From assembly GCA_963675595.2 (NCBI GenBank), contig CAXXLZ010000001.1:1344001-1408000 (forward strand): a stretch of 64,000 nt of DNA. Reading direction: 5' to 3'. Under the pieces are notes generated by a model that was not told the origin of the DNA, did not search any database, and worked only from the letters and a program-made list of their open reading frames with translations. Position 1 is the stretch's first letter; each line of letters starts with the position of its first letter. Shown one piece after another: positions 7,488 to 17,704 of this stretch. The stretch is from Thermodesulfobacteriota bacterium (GTDB lineage Bacteria > Desulfobacterota > Desulfarculia > JACQYL01). Made by a program: the position numbers and the translations under genes.

Positions 7488-8501
7488 ATGACAAACAACG
7501 GTTTCTTTCATCATCGCCTTACAAGGCTCTTCGGCATCTTAGGCATCATCATCCTCTTTTCCACGGGCTGCGGTACGGGCGCGGAAAAGACCAAGAGCCG
7601 TGACATATCGGATATAGGGCTGGTGCAACTCGTTGATACTCCTCTCATGGCACAGGCAAGGCAGGGTCTGGAAGACGAATTGGCGGACAGGCTCGGAACG
7701 AGGGTGCACCGGGTTCGGCTCGATTGGGCCGACGCAGGCGGGCAACCCCTGGCGCTCAAGCCCATCATCCAAACCTTCGAAAAAGAGAACAAACAGGTCA
7801 TTGTGACCCTGGGGAGCCCTCCCCTGGAACACGCCATTGAGGTCGTTGCGACGGTTCCCGTGGTATTCGGAGTGACCATCAATCCCGGAGTTATGGGGCT
7901 CAACCTCAAATACCGTCCCGCCATGCCCAATTTCACGGGCACGTATGCGGAACCACCCATTGCAGCCTTGGGCGAATTCGTCAAGATTCTCATGCCCGAC
8001 TTGCGAGAAGTGGGCGTTGTTTGGAATCCCTCGAGAGTCAACTCGAGATATGAGATGCACGCTTTGAGAACATGGTGTGCGAGCGAAGGATACGTGCTGG
8101 AGGAATCGCGTATTCGGCGCTCGGCCGATTTGGAATACGCGACCCGCCTCCTTCTGGACAAAGAACCGCAGGCCATATTCATCCTGGCCGACGATTTGGT
8201 CATTGACGGATTTCGCGATCTGATGGCCCCTATCATCAGGGAAAGGGGCATCCCCATGTTCACGGACATGCCCGACCTGGTTGGAGAAGAAGGCGCAGAC
8301 CTGGGTTGGGGGTTCGACTTCTACCTTTGGGGCCGCGCCACCGGGCGAAAGGTGGTCGAAGTGCTTGAGGGAACAGCTCCCTACCTGGTTTCCATAGATC
8401 GCTTCGAGCAATGCCGACTGGTCGTTCACCGGGCGGGATTGGAAAAGGCGGGACTTCAGGTCCCGGAAACCCTGCTGGAAAAAGCGGATACCGTATACTA
8501 A
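7488..8501 (+). CDS. ABC transporter substrate-binding lipoprotein (ABC_sub_bind-like), orphan
   Basis: Lipobox STGC; VPVVF, GVVWNPSRVNS, WGRATG patterns. No permease or ATPase adjacent. Confidence 0.8.
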   Translation: MTNNGFFHHRLTRLFGILGIIILFSTGCGTGAEKTKSRDISDIGLVQLVDTPLMAQARQGLEDELADRLGTRVHRVRLDWADAGGQPLALKPIIQTFEKENKQVIVTLGSPPLEHAIEVVATVPVVFGVTINPGVMGLNLKYRPAMPNFTGTYAEPPIAALGEFVKILMPDLREVGVVWNPSRVNSRYEMHALRTWCASEGYVLEESRIRRSADLEYATRLLLDKEPQAIFILADDLVIDGFRDLMAPIIRERGIPMFTDMPDLVGEEGADLGWGFDFYLWGRATGRKVVEVLEGTAPYLVSIDRFEQCRLVVHRAGLEKAGLQVPETLLEKADTVY

Positions 8502-8608
8502 CGCGAGGCTGGATCGAGGACCCGTCTGCAAGGCGGAGGGTCGGCGATCTCCCGGGACGGGTGAGAGTCCGTATCACTCGGCGGAGACCGCTAAAGGGCG
8601 GGCAAAGT

Positions 8609-8848
8609 TCAGTACTTCTCGATGCAACGACTCAAGGCCTGCCGAAGGGAACTTCTCACTTCTTCCGGCACGGGTTCCTGAGGTAGGATTTCAGAGAGCG
8701 CAATGGTTCGCCGAATGGATTCAAGGCAATCACCGCATTGCCTGCATTCCTCCAGGTGCGCTTCGACCTTTTCCCGAGTCGCCTGATCACATTCGAGATC
8801 AAGGTATTCGCTCATCTTTCGGTACATCTCAAGGCACTTAGCTTTCAT
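8609..8848 (-). CDS. Zinc-binding anti-sigma factor (ZAS, zf-HC2)
   Basis: SEYLD...AHLEECRQC (HxxxCxxC), directly downstream of the ECF sigma gene. Confidence 0.9.
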   Translation of the reverse strand: MKAKCLEMYRKMSEYLDLECDQATREKVEAHLEECRQCGDCLESIRRTIALSEILPQEPVPEEVRSSLRQALSRCIEKY

Positions 8849-9440
8849 ATCCCAACCCTTCGTAATGATCCCGGATTTGATTTCTGAGGAACAGACGGGC
8901 ACGATGCAGGCGCACCTTGACGGTAGCCTGGGAGAGAGAAAGCATTTCAGCCGTTTCCTGCGTGTTGAACTGCTCCTTGTCTCTCAATACCCAAACGATC
9001 CGGTACTTGGGGGGAAGTTCTCCGATGGCGGATTCGATCACCTGTGCCAACTCACGATTCAGGAGCTGGTCGATGGGGGTGGTGAGCCATTGGGGCGTGT
9101 TGTCCGGATGCACATGGTCTTCAGGAAGCAGTTCTTCCCACGACAGCTCGCGATCGGGTTGATGCTTGGTCTTACGGCGCTTCTTAATGCACACGGAAGA
9201 TGCGATCTTGTATAGCCAGTTCTTGAACGCGGACTCGCCGCGGAACCGGTCCAGGTAGCGGAGAACATTCAAAAAAGTCTCCTGCAAAAGGTCTTCCGCA
9301 TCCTGTTGGTGTCTGCACATCCTGAGCCCGAAATTGAATATCTTCTGCTCATAGCGCTTCAGGATTTGTTCAAAGGCCTCCGAATCTCCGCCCAAATAGC
9401 GTTCAACCAACTCCATATCTGTGGGGATGTTCGAGTTCAT
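8838..9440 (-). CDS. ECF RNA polymerase sigma factor
   Basis: AEDLLQETF...FKNWLYKIA (region 2); ETAEMLSLSQATVKVRLHRAR (region 4). Start uncertain. Confidence 0.93.
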   Translation of the reverse strand: MNSNIPTDMELVERYLGGDSEAFEQILKRYEQKIFNFGLRMCRHQQDAEDLLQETFLNVLRYLDRFRGESAFKNWLYKIASSVCIKKRRKTKHQPDRELSWEELLPEDHVHPDNTPQWLTTPIDQLLNRELAQVIESAIGELPPKYRIVWVLRDKEQFNTQETAEMLSLSQATVKVRLHRARLFLRNQIRDHYEGLGYES

Positions 9441-9541
9441 GGTGTGCATCTTAAGAAGAGGCGCGTTGCTTGTCAACGGAGGCACATCAAGAGGCAGAGA
9501 GCTCGAGAAACTTCGAGGAGCAGCCGCCCGCGGGGATTGCT

Positions 9542-10027
9542 TCAAGCATTCCCCTGGACCTTCAAAGTCTTCAGCAGGGCCGCGACCTGTTCGGGGCCCA
9601 GATTCCGCTCCCCCACATAGATGGAGAACATCTGGATCATGCAGGTGATTTTCGAGATGACCAAGTCTCTCACCAGAAAAGTGATCGCGAAGCGTTGACT
9701 TTCGGTGAGGTTCTCGCTGCCGAAAGCTTTGAGCACCTCGCGGACCATGGGCTCGACCCGAAGATGAATCTCACGTTGGGTGTCGGTTAGAGGACCGCCG
9801 GATCCGACCCCCCAAACCGCCGGAACGATATAGTCGTTGGGGCACTGGACGAGTTCGGCCCAATGGGCGGAAAATATTTCCAGGGCGGTTTGGTTCAGTT
9901 TGGGTTCCACCGCCCTTGAAATCGAAAGGAGCTCCTCCGTCCCCTGATCTTTCTTCTTCTGAAATCGTGAAATAATGTTGGGAAGTTTCATGAAATCCAT
10001 CTCCAAAATCGGCTGTTCAGTCGGCAT
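9542..10027 (-). CDS. Hypothetical protein
   Basis: Protein-like 161-aa ORF co-directional between pyrH and the sigma gene; no recognised motif. Confidence 0.7.
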   Translation of the reverse strand: MPTEQPILEMDFMKLPNIISRFQKKKDQGTEELLSISRAVEPKLNQTALEIFSAHWAELVQCPNDYIVPAVWGVGSGGPLTDTQREIHLRVEPMVREVLKAFGSENLTESQRFAITFLVRDLVISKITCMIQMFSIYVGERNLGPEQVAALLKTLKVQGNA

Positions 10028-10052
10028 GCCCGCCCGGCCGGATTCGCGGCAA

Positions 10053-10772
10053 CTACACGCCGACCCGAGTGCCTACGGGCTCCCCATGCACAAGCCGTTC
10101 CAAATTGCCGCTTTTTCTTATGTTCAAGACGACCAGAGGGAGTCGGTGTTCTTTAAGCAAAGTCATGGCGGTCAGGTCCATGACTCTCAGCTCTTTATTC
10201 AAGACTTCGCCGTGTGTCAGGGTTTCGTACAGAACGGCTTTCGGGTTCACCGAGGGATTGTCGCTATAGACCCCATCCACATTGGTGGCCTTGACGAGAA
10301 GGCCGCATTCCATTTCCAATGCGGCGAGAGCCGCCGTGGTATCGGTGGTGAAAAACGGTCGCCCCAATCCGCCCACGAAAATAACCGTTGAATTCCGATC
10401 CAGATCCTCTCGAGCTTCCGTCCTCGAAAAGGGCCGTGCGACGCCGGCTATGGGCAAGCTCGAATAGACCATCGCCCTGCCCCCTCGATACTCGAAAAAG
10501 TCTCGAAGCGCCAGGCCGTTCATTACGGTGGCGAGCATTCCCATGGTATCGCCCGTGGGCCGTTTCAATTCCTCGGGACGCATGTTTCCGCGAAAAAGAT
10601 TTCCGCCCCCGATGACGATCCCTACCTGAAAACCTTGCTTCTGCACACGGAGAATCTCATCCACCACGGACAGGATCGAGGGTCCGTGGAATCCCCGGTT
10701 CTCTTCTCCTCCCAAGGCCTCACCACTCAGTTTGACCATAATGCGCGAATTAGGCAGTTTCATCGTTGCCAT
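10053..10772 (-). CDS. pyrH: Uridylate kinase (divergent)
   Basis: KLSGEAL, GGGNLFRG, MGMLATVMN, PFFTTDT, VDGVY, LRVMDLTA. Confidence 0.88.
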   Translation of the reverse strand: MATMKLPNSRIMVKLSGEALGGEENRGFHGPSILSVVDEILRVQKQGFQVGIVIGGGNLFRGNMRPEELKRPTGDTMGMLATVMNGLALRDFFEYRGGRAMVYSSLPIAGVARPFSRTEAREDLDRNSTVIFVGGLGRPFFTTDTTAALAALEMECGLLVKATNVDGVYSDNPSVNPKAVLYETLTHGEVLNKELRVMDLTAMTLLKEHRLPLVVLNIRKSGNLERLVHGEPVGTRVGV

Positions 10773-10785
10773 CCTTTGATTCCAA

Positions 10786-11781
10786 TCAATGGTTTTCAGC
10801 TTGATCAAAATGCGGGACCGCCTCCGTGCCGGTCCCACCAAATACCCGATCCAGGAGCATCACCGCGGCGAATCCGACAACCATCAGCAGGAGCGCCACG
10901 ACAAGGTCTCGATCGACTTGATGAGGCAGAAAATTGGCTTCCTGCAATACCAGAACCTTTCCCTCGACGAGCTTGGTCTTAACGGCCTCTTTCCAGGGCC
11001 AGACCTTTCTCAGCGCTCCCACCATGAATCCCGTCAATATGGCCAGGGTTTCCTGACGCCGGTGTGAAAGGAAATAGTGGAGGACCCGGGAGAAGGCCGC
11101 GAGACCGACGCCGCATCCACACACAAACGTGACGATGACAAATATATTGGAGAGCAGAAAGGGATTTTTGAGCGTCCCGGTAATGAATTCGTATTTTCCC
11201 AGGATCAAGAGGATAAAGGCGCCGCTGATGCCTGGAAGGATCATCGCGCAGACCGCCACGGCCCCGCTGAGGAATATGAACCACGAAGATTCCGGCGTTG
11301 TCACCGGGATGGTCCCCACGATCCAGTAGCTCGCGACACAGCCCGCCACAAGGCAAACCGGCAAACGCAGGCTTTTGAGGTCCAATCCCCTACCGATGAC
11401 CAGAATGGAGGCCAGGATCAGCCCGAAAAACAGGGACCAGACGGAGACGGGGTACCGATCCATCAGATAATGCATCAAACGAGACGCGGAAACCAAGGCG
11501 GTCCCGATTCCCAACATAAGCGGCACCAGAAAACGCACGTGAGCGGTTGAAAGCACTCCCGAAATATCCAGATGGAACAGTCTCGAAAAAAAACGGGCGT
11601 CAAACGATCGAACCGCGGAGATCAGGTCTTCGTAGATTCCCGTGATAAAGGCTATGGTGCCGCCCGAGACGCCGGGAATGATATCCGCCAATCCCATGCA
11701 GAATCCCTTAAGCCCCAATACGAGCGCTTCTTTGCCGGTCTTCGGACCGGGAGACGCCAGAAATGCTTGTTTCAACCTCAT
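10786..11781 (-). CDS. DUF368 family membrane protein (putative undecaprenyl-phosphate translocase)
   Basis: Duplicated PGVSGGT / PGISGA motifs and multiple TM helices; adjacent to uppP. Confidence 0.9.
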   Translation of the reverse strand: MRLKQAFLASPGPKTGKEALVLGLKGFCMGLADIIPGVSGGTIAFITGIYEDLISAVRSFDARFFSRLFHLDISGVLSTAHVRFLVPLMLGIGTALVSASRLMHYLMDRYPVSVWSLFFGLILASILVIGRGLDLKSLRLPVCLVAGCVASYWIVGTIPVTTPESSWFIFLSGAVAVCAMILPGISGAFILLILGKYEFITGTLKNPFLLSNIFVIVTFVCGCGVGLAAFSRVLHYFLSHRRQETLAILTGFMVGALRKVWPWKEAVKTKLVEGKVLVLQEANFLPHQVDRDLVVALLLMVVGFAAVMLLDRVFGGTGTEAVPHFDQAENH

Positions 11782-11913
11782 GAATGCTCCCTGGGAAGCG
11801 CAGGATTCCGTCTTGTGGGTCCACCAAACCGTTTTGAAAGTCTCGGCGGCAGAGGTGGGTTGTGCCGGAATACATCCGTCCATCCGATGGAGAAACCGTG
11901 ATGGGAAAGGAAA

Positions 11914-12729
11914 TCAACCCCGGTAATAAAAAACCGTTACGAGCCCCAAAATGAAGCAGTATGGTGCGAATATCCAGAACTTTCCTACTCGTACCAGCTT
12001 GAGAAGGAGGTTCAGTGCCAAGTACCCGCTCAATGCGGCGGATAAAGTTCCCACCGCCAATGACACGGGCTCGCCCATTACCCGACCTGAATCAAATTGA
12101 AGTACGGCCGCCCCCAAAATGGCCGGAATAAACAACAAGAAGGAAAAACGGGCGGCCAACTCTCGATCCAAATGCAATAACAAGCCCAGCGTGATAGTCG
12201 TGCCTGACCTGGAAATGCCCGGAATGACCGCGAGTCCCTGTCCCAGGCCGATCAACGCGGAATCCCGGAAACGAATCTCCGAAATCCGGTCTATTGAAGG
12301 CTTGGCCCATTTGCTCAAGGTCAAAATCACGCCCGTTCCCATCAAGGCGATCCCCACGTAGAAAGGAGATGCAAAGAGGCCTTCCAGTTCGTCTTTGAAC
12401 GTGAGAGCGAAGACACCCGTTACCAACGTGCCGATACAAACCAGGACGAAAAGCCGAATGTTGGGGTCCGGTTGCCGGGCGGCCGGGGAAGTCGCTCTGA
12501 TTCTTCCCCGGACTGCAACCAGGGAAAGGAGGATTTGCAGCAGCTCTTTCCGAACAAAGATACAAACGGCGAACAAAGTGCCGAGATGAAGACAAACATC
12601 GAAGAAGAGTTCGGGTTCGTTCAAACCGAAGAGGTGTTGAAAAATCACCAAATGGCCGGAACTGCTTACGGGTAGAAATTCGGTCAGGCCTTGAACGACA
12701 CCGAGTATGGCGGCTTTGAGGGGATCCAT
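11914..12729 (-). CDS. uppP: Undecaprenyl-diphosphate phosphatase
   Basis: GVVQGLTEFLPVSSSGHL and PGISRSG motifs. Confidence 0.95.
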   Translation of the reverse strand: MDPLKAAILGVVQGLTEFLPVSSSGHLVIFQHLFGLNEPELFFDVCLHLGTLFAVCIFVRKELLQILLSLVAVRGRIRATSPAARQPDPNIRLFVLVCIGTLVTGVFALTFKDELEGLFASPFYVGIALMGTGVILTLSKWAKPSIDRISEIRFRDSALIGLGQGLAVIPGISRSGTTITLGLLLHLDRELAARFSFLLFIPAILGAAVLQFDSGRVMGEPVSLAVGTLSAALSGYLALNLLLKLVRVGKFWIFAPYCFILGLVTVFYYRG

Positions 12730-12879
12730 GCGCCTTCCGAAGGCGAAAATAGTCGAGAAACGAGAGTCGGACCTTCCGATCCCTGGTGAGAAGCAGGCAG
12801 GGTAGAACGGCGGTCGTCCATAGGGCACCGTTGCATACGATCCCACTCAAAGGGCAAGACGTTGCACGAGCAGAACGCC

Positions 12880-13641
12880 TTATACCAGATTAAGATACCA
12901 CGCCACAAGGGATTCTCCGAAGAAGAGGTAACCCACTGCCGCAATTGATAAAAATGGACCAAATGGAATGGCGAGTCTCAGATTGGATCTCATAATCACC
13001 ATGATAAGGGTGCCTATGATCGCTCCGATCACGGAAGCGGCCAAGAGCACGAAAAGCACTCCCTCCCAGCCCAGAAAGGCTCCGATCATGGCCAGGAGTT
13101 TCACGTCGCCGAGCCCCATCCCTTCTCTACGAGTGAACAGGAAATAACCCCAGGAAACCGCCAGCAGGAGTCCCGCGCCAAGAATCAACCCCAAACCGGA
13201 GTCCAGCGGGCTTAGGTCCTCCCGGAAAAATGAAAAGACGAACCCGAGCGGAATTCCCGGCAAGGAGATGACATCGGGTATAATCCGGTGGGCAAGGTCG
13301 ATGAAGGAGATCACTATCAGAGAGGCCACGAAAATGAACCAGGCCAAGAACAGCCACGAGAGTCCGAATCGCATGCACAGGAAGACGGCCAGGAGAGCGG
13401 TAATCAGCTCCACGGTCGGGTATACGGGAGAAATTCGTTCACCGCAGCGACGGCACCTTCCCAGCAGCACGAGGTAGCTCAACAAGGGAATGTTCAAATA
13501 CCATGGAATGGGACATCGACAGTGGGGGCAGCGGGAACCGGGCGAAACCACGGACTCGTCCAGTGGGAGGCGAAGGATGCAGACGTTCAAGAAACTGCCT
13601 ACCACCGCCCCGAAACAGAAAATGATGAGTTGTATCGTCAT
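12880..13641 (-). CDS. pilD: Type IV prepilin peptidase/N-methyltransferase
   Basis: GSFLNVCI, SRCPHC...GRCRRC, GMGLGDVKL, IPFGPFL. Confidence 0.95.
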   Translation of the reverse strand: MTIQLIIFCFGAVVGSFLNVCILRLPLDESVVSPGSRCPHCRCPIPWYLNIPLLSYLVLLGRCRRCGERISPVYPTVELITALLAVFLCMRFGLSWLFLAWFIFVASLIVISFIDLAHRIIPDVISLPGIPLGFVFSFFREDLSPLDSGLGLILGAGLLLAVSWGYFLFTRREGMGLGDVKLLAMIGAFLGWEGVLFVLLAASVIGAIIGTLIMVIMRSNLRLAIPFGPFLSIAAVGYLFFGESLVAWYLNLV

Positions 13642-13839
13642 GAGCAGTGCCTTTGAGGGTAGGAATCCATATTCGGAATAGCCTTGGCGTTTGGAGGGGC
13701 TCGGTCCTCTGAGCGAACCATCCTATTCAAAGGACGGAGGAGGTGCAAACCGAATCACGCCTCCCCTCCTCCGTGTGGGCAAGCTCGGAGAGGAGGTGCC
13801 GCAGTTGATTTTCCCAATAAGCTGGTTTATACAAGTCGC

Positions 13840-14781
13840 ATGGCGAAGAATCCTTTTGAAGTGTTGGGCATCACCAAGGAAATGGCGAACCGTCTGACGG
13901 ACGAACAGCTCTTCGGCTTGGTGCGATCAAATTACCGCTTCCTGCTCAAAATGCTCCATCCCGACACCAACCGGCAAACATCCCGTGGCTCGTCCCGGAA
14001 GTCTCATCGGGAAGCGGTTGAACTCAACACGGCTTTTGAGGAAATCAACCTGGAAAAGAACCCTGAAGCCTTCGAACGGCATCGCCTCAACTATACCGCC
14101 CGATCAAGGAAACGGACACGCAAGCTGCTTGATGCCGCCATGGAACGCATGGAGAGGATCGACCATATAAATCGGGAGCTCTCGCAACGGTTTATCGATT
14201 ATCTTTTTTCCTTTCCCGAATTCCATCCCGACAAGCGAGACTACTCCGAACACCTGGAACCGTTTCACATTTTCTCATTACGTTCACTGCGAGTCGGTCT
14301 ATACGACGTAGCCGTCGGATACAATCTCAGACACAGTTCATGGAATCTGGGGCGAAACTACAAGGAAATTCGATTCGACGAAACGGGACGCATGGAGTAT
14401 CGACCACTGGCGAGAGGCCGTTTCAGCGAAGTGAACTACATACGGTTGGTGGGAAGCGTGGAGGCGGACAATGTGGACGTAATCCACCTTCTCGATAAGA
14501 ATATCGATAAGCACCATCATTTGAGGAGTGTGACCAGTATTCCCGCTCACGACGAACACTATGATGGCTGTGAAGTCCTGAACACCATGAATCCGGAAGT
14601 CTTCCGGGAGCACTGCCTGCCCCGGCTCAGTCCCGTACTTAGAGAAAACTCTTACCTCTTCTCCGTGCATTTTCGGGATTCTTTTTCGCACGGCATGCCC
14701 AAGGAAGTGCATCTGGAAGGAAAAATCATCAAACTGGATAGAGAAGTCCAGACCAACGGCCGACGCCGGCACTGGATATGA
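13840..14781 (+). CDS. J-domain-like (HPD) protein with an unknown C-terminal domain
   Basis: NPFEVLGI...YRFLLKMLHPD...ELNTAFEEI. Confidence 0.7.
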   Translation: MAKNPFEVLGITKEMANRLTDEQLFGLVRSNYRFLLKMLHPDTNRQTSRGSSRKSHREAVELNTAFEEINLEKNPEAFERHRLNYTARSRKRTRKLLDAAMERMERIDHINRELSQRFIDYLFSFPEFHPDKRDYSEHLEPFHIFSLRSLRVGLYDVAVGYNLRHSSWNLGRNYKEIRFDETGRMEYRPLARGRFSEVNYIRLVGSVEADNVDVIHLLDKNIDKHHHLRSVTSIPAHDEHYDGCEVLNTMNPEVFREHCLPRLSPVLRENSYLFSVHFRDSFSHGMPKEVHLEGKIIKLDREVQTNGRRRHWI

Positions 14782-14790
14782 GGAGAGGTC

Positions 14791-15906
14791 ATGATCATCG
14801 GCGTTCCCAAAGAAGTGAAGGAAGACGAGTATCGAGTGGGGATGGTTCCGGCGGGAGTGCGCATGCTCAAAGCGCATGGCGGACGAGTGATCTTGGAGCG
14901 GGGAGCGGGTGCGGGGTGCCGCATACCGGACGATGAATATGTCTCAGCGGGGGCCGAACTTGTCGATACTCCCGAAGAAATTTATGAGCGGGCTGAAATG
15001 GTGATCAAGGTGAAAGAGCCTCAGCCCACCGAGTATCCTTTGATGCGCGAGGGATTGATCCTCTACGCCTACCTCCATCTTGCGCCTGCTCCGGGCCTTG
15101 CGGACATGCTTCTGGAAAAAGGCGTAACCTGCATTGCCTACGAGACCATTCAGCTTGACAACGGTTCCCTGCCCTTACTGATTCCCATGAGTGAAGTGGC
15201 CGGGAGAATGTCCATTCAGGTTGGAGCACATTTTCTCGAAAAGACCCAAGGCGGGAGAGGAGTTCTTTTAGGGGGCGTTCCCGGTGTCCATCGAGGAAAG
15301 GTCACCATTCTCGGAGCCGGAACGGTGGGGCGCGAGGCAGCCAAGATCGCCATGGGCATGGGCGCGGAAGTGTACGTGCTGGACGTGGACCAGTGCAAGC
15401 TGATTTATCTGGACGACGTCTTCGGAAGTCGGATCACCACCATCTATTCTCATGCCGACAATGTTCGGGAAGCGGTCGCCCGGTCTCATCTGGTCGTGGG
15501 AGCGGTTTTGATACCCGGGGCGAAAGCTCCGCATCTGGTCACCAGGGAAATGGTTTCCGGCATGAAGCCCGGCAGCGTCATTGTTGATGTGGCCATTGAC
15601 CAGGGAGGATGTGTCGAAACGTCGCACGTCACTTCTCACAGGAATCCGACCTACACCGTGGACGAGGTGATCCATTACGGAGTACCCAACATGCCCGGCG
15701 TCGTCGCCAGGACCTCGACTTTCGCGCTTACGAACACCACCCTTCCATACGCGGTCAAACTCCAGGACCAGGGCTTCAACACCGCGATCCTTTCGGATCC
15801 CTGCCTGGCCAAAGGCGTGAACATCTACAAAGGACACGTCACACATCCGCAAGTTGCGGAGGCCTTGGGAAGGGAGTTCATTCCTCTGGAGACCCTGCTG
15901 GCCTGA
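14791..15906 (+). CDS. ald: Alanine dehydrogenase
   Basis: MIIGVPKE, KVKEP, YLHLA, PMSEVAGR, VDVAIDQGGC, VPNMPG. Confidence 0.96.
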   Translation: MIIGVPKEVKEDEYRVGMVPAGVRMLKAHGGRVILERGAGAGCRIPDDEYVSAGAELVDTPEEIYERAEMVIKVKEPQPTEYPLMREGLILYAYLHLAPAPGLADMLLEKGVTCIAYETIQLDNGSLPLLIPMSEVAGRMSIQVGAHFLEKTQGGRGVLLGGVPGVHRGKVTILGAGTVGREAAKIAMGMGAEVYVLDVDQCKLIYLDDVFGSRITTIYSHADNVREAVARSHLVVGAVLIPGAKAPHLVTREMVSGMKPGSVIVDVAIDQGGCVETSHVTSHRNPTYTVDEVIHYGVPNMPGVVARTSTFALTNTTLPYAVKLQDQGFNTAILSDPCLAKGVNIYKGHVTHPQVAEALGREFIPLETLLA

Positions 15907-16210
15907 GCAACGCCCCGTTTCCTTCAACGTCGTTAGGGCCTAAGAGCCCGGACCGCTTTCAACAGATATTCCTCCGCCTTCGGAAATCGACCTCCGCACG
16001 GTTCCGATTTCCGCTTCCGGCGTGCCGCAATCGAAGAAACCGTCGAGTCTGCCGCTACTCGGAAAGTCGCGGCGGTTTCACATGAGAAGAAGCGGAAGCG
16101 ACGTTATCGTCGGGGCCGAAGGAAAATTGAAGAGTTCATTCGAACCCTGCTGAACGAGAACTGCGGCTCTCTTACGCACTGCCATCCTTCTAACGTGGAG
16201 TGGAATCTTA

Positions 16211-17560
16211 ATGAAAATCTGTGTCATCGGCCCCGGATATGTCGGTCTGGTAACTGGAGCATGCTTCGCGGAAATGGGTAACGAAGTCCTATGCGTGGGC
16301 AAGAAAGGGGTGGACGACGAACGAATCGCCAGGTTGGCTCAAGGCGAATCTCCGATCTTCGAGACGGGACTCGAAGAATTGCTCAAGCGAAATCTGGAAG
16401 CCGGGCGACTCCGCTTCGGCCTCGACCTTGCCGAGGGAGTGGACTCCTGCCTGTTCCAGATGATCGCCGTGCCCACACCGTCTGAAGAAGACGGCTCCGC
16501 GGACCTTCAACACGTGCTGGAAGTGGCCAAGGATATCGGAAGCACGATGGAGGAATACCGCATTGTGGTGACCAAGTCCACGGTGCCCGTGGGAACGGCC
16601 GATGCGGTCAAATCCGTGGTCCGGCAGGAATTACAGAATCGCGGCAAAGCGGTCGAGTTCGACGTGGTGTCCAATCCCGAATTTCTGAAAGAAGGCGACG
16701 CGGTGCAGGACTTCATGAAGCCCGATCGAGTGGTGGTGGGTTGTGAAAACCCGAGAACCGCGGAACTGATGAAAGCGCTCTACGCGCCGTTCGCCCGTAC
16801 GCGAGAAAAGTTGATCATCATGGACGTGCGCTCCGCCGAAATGACAAAGTATGCGGCCAATTCACTGCTGGCGACCAAAATCTCCTTTATGAACGAGGTC
16901 TCCAAAATATGCGAAGCGGTGGACGCGGACATCTCCATGGTGCGGAAAGGCATCGGCGCCGATCCCAGGATCGGGTATCAGTTCATCTACCCCGGTGTCG
17001 GATTCGGAGGTTCCTGTTTTCCGAAGGACCTCCGAGCGTTGGTTCGCACGGCGGTGAATTACGGACTCCAACCCAGAATCATGCAGTCCGTCATCGATGT
17101 GAACGAGGCGCAGAAGCGACTATTGGCAGGCAAGGTGATCGACTATTTCAGAGACCGTGGCGGTTTGGAGGGAAAACGGCTCGCGGTCTGGGGACTTGCG
17201 TTCAAACCCAACACCAACGACATGAGGGAGGCTCCCTCGATCACCATCATCGATCAACTTCTGAACTGCGGGGCCGATATTCGGGCTTTTGATCCTCAAG
17301 CGATCGAGGAGGCGAAGGCGGTCTTTTCCGGACGACAAGGAATCCGGTTTCACAAAGACAGCTACGAAGCACTCGACGGCGCCGAGGCGCTTATCCTGAT
17401 TACAGAGTGGAACATGTTTCGAACGCCCGACTTTCAGAGAATGAAAAGCCTGATGAAAACCCCGCTCATTTTCGACGGTCGGAATCAATATGATCCGGAT
17501 GAGATGAATCGGCTTGGTTTTTCCTACGTGAGTATCGGAAGGAAGCCGGCATACGTTTAG
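16211..17560 (+). CDS. ugd: UDP-glucose/GDP-mannose dehydrogenase family protein
   Basis: GPGYVGL, KSTVPVGT, SNPEFLKEG, GFGGSCFPKD. Confidence 0.93.
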   Translation: MKICVIGPGYVGLVTGACFAEMGNEVLCVGKKGVDDERIARLAQGESPIFETGLEELLKRNLEAGRLRFGLDLAEGVDSCLFQMIAVPTPSEEDGSADLQHVLEVAKDIGSTMEEYRIVVTKSTVPVGTADAVKSVVRQELQNRGKAVEFDVVSNPEFLKEGDAVQDFMKPDRVVVGCENPRTAELMKALYAPFARTREKLIIMDVRSAEMTKYAANSLLATKISFMNEVSKICEAVDADISMVRKGIGADPRIGYQFIYPGVGFGGSCFPKDLRALVRTAVNYGLQPRIMQSVIDVNEAQKRLLAGKVIDYFRDRGGLEGKRLAVWGLAFKPNTNDMREAPSITIIDQLLNCGADIRAFDPQAIEEAKAVFSGRQGIRFHKDSYEALDGAEALILITEWNMFRTPDFQRMKSLMKTPLIFDGRNQYDPDEMNRLGFSYVSIGRKPAYV

Positions 17561-17704
17561 CGGACGCCGCCGATGCGACGCCGCCCCCTCTCGGCGGCGA
17601 GCCCGCGGTTTTGAGCACCGGCGGGTGAATCAAACAGGCGGCTTCACGGACGGCAAACCGTAACCGTCCTCTCCCGCGTGCGGTTCGGGTGGTTCACCGA
17701 TCCG

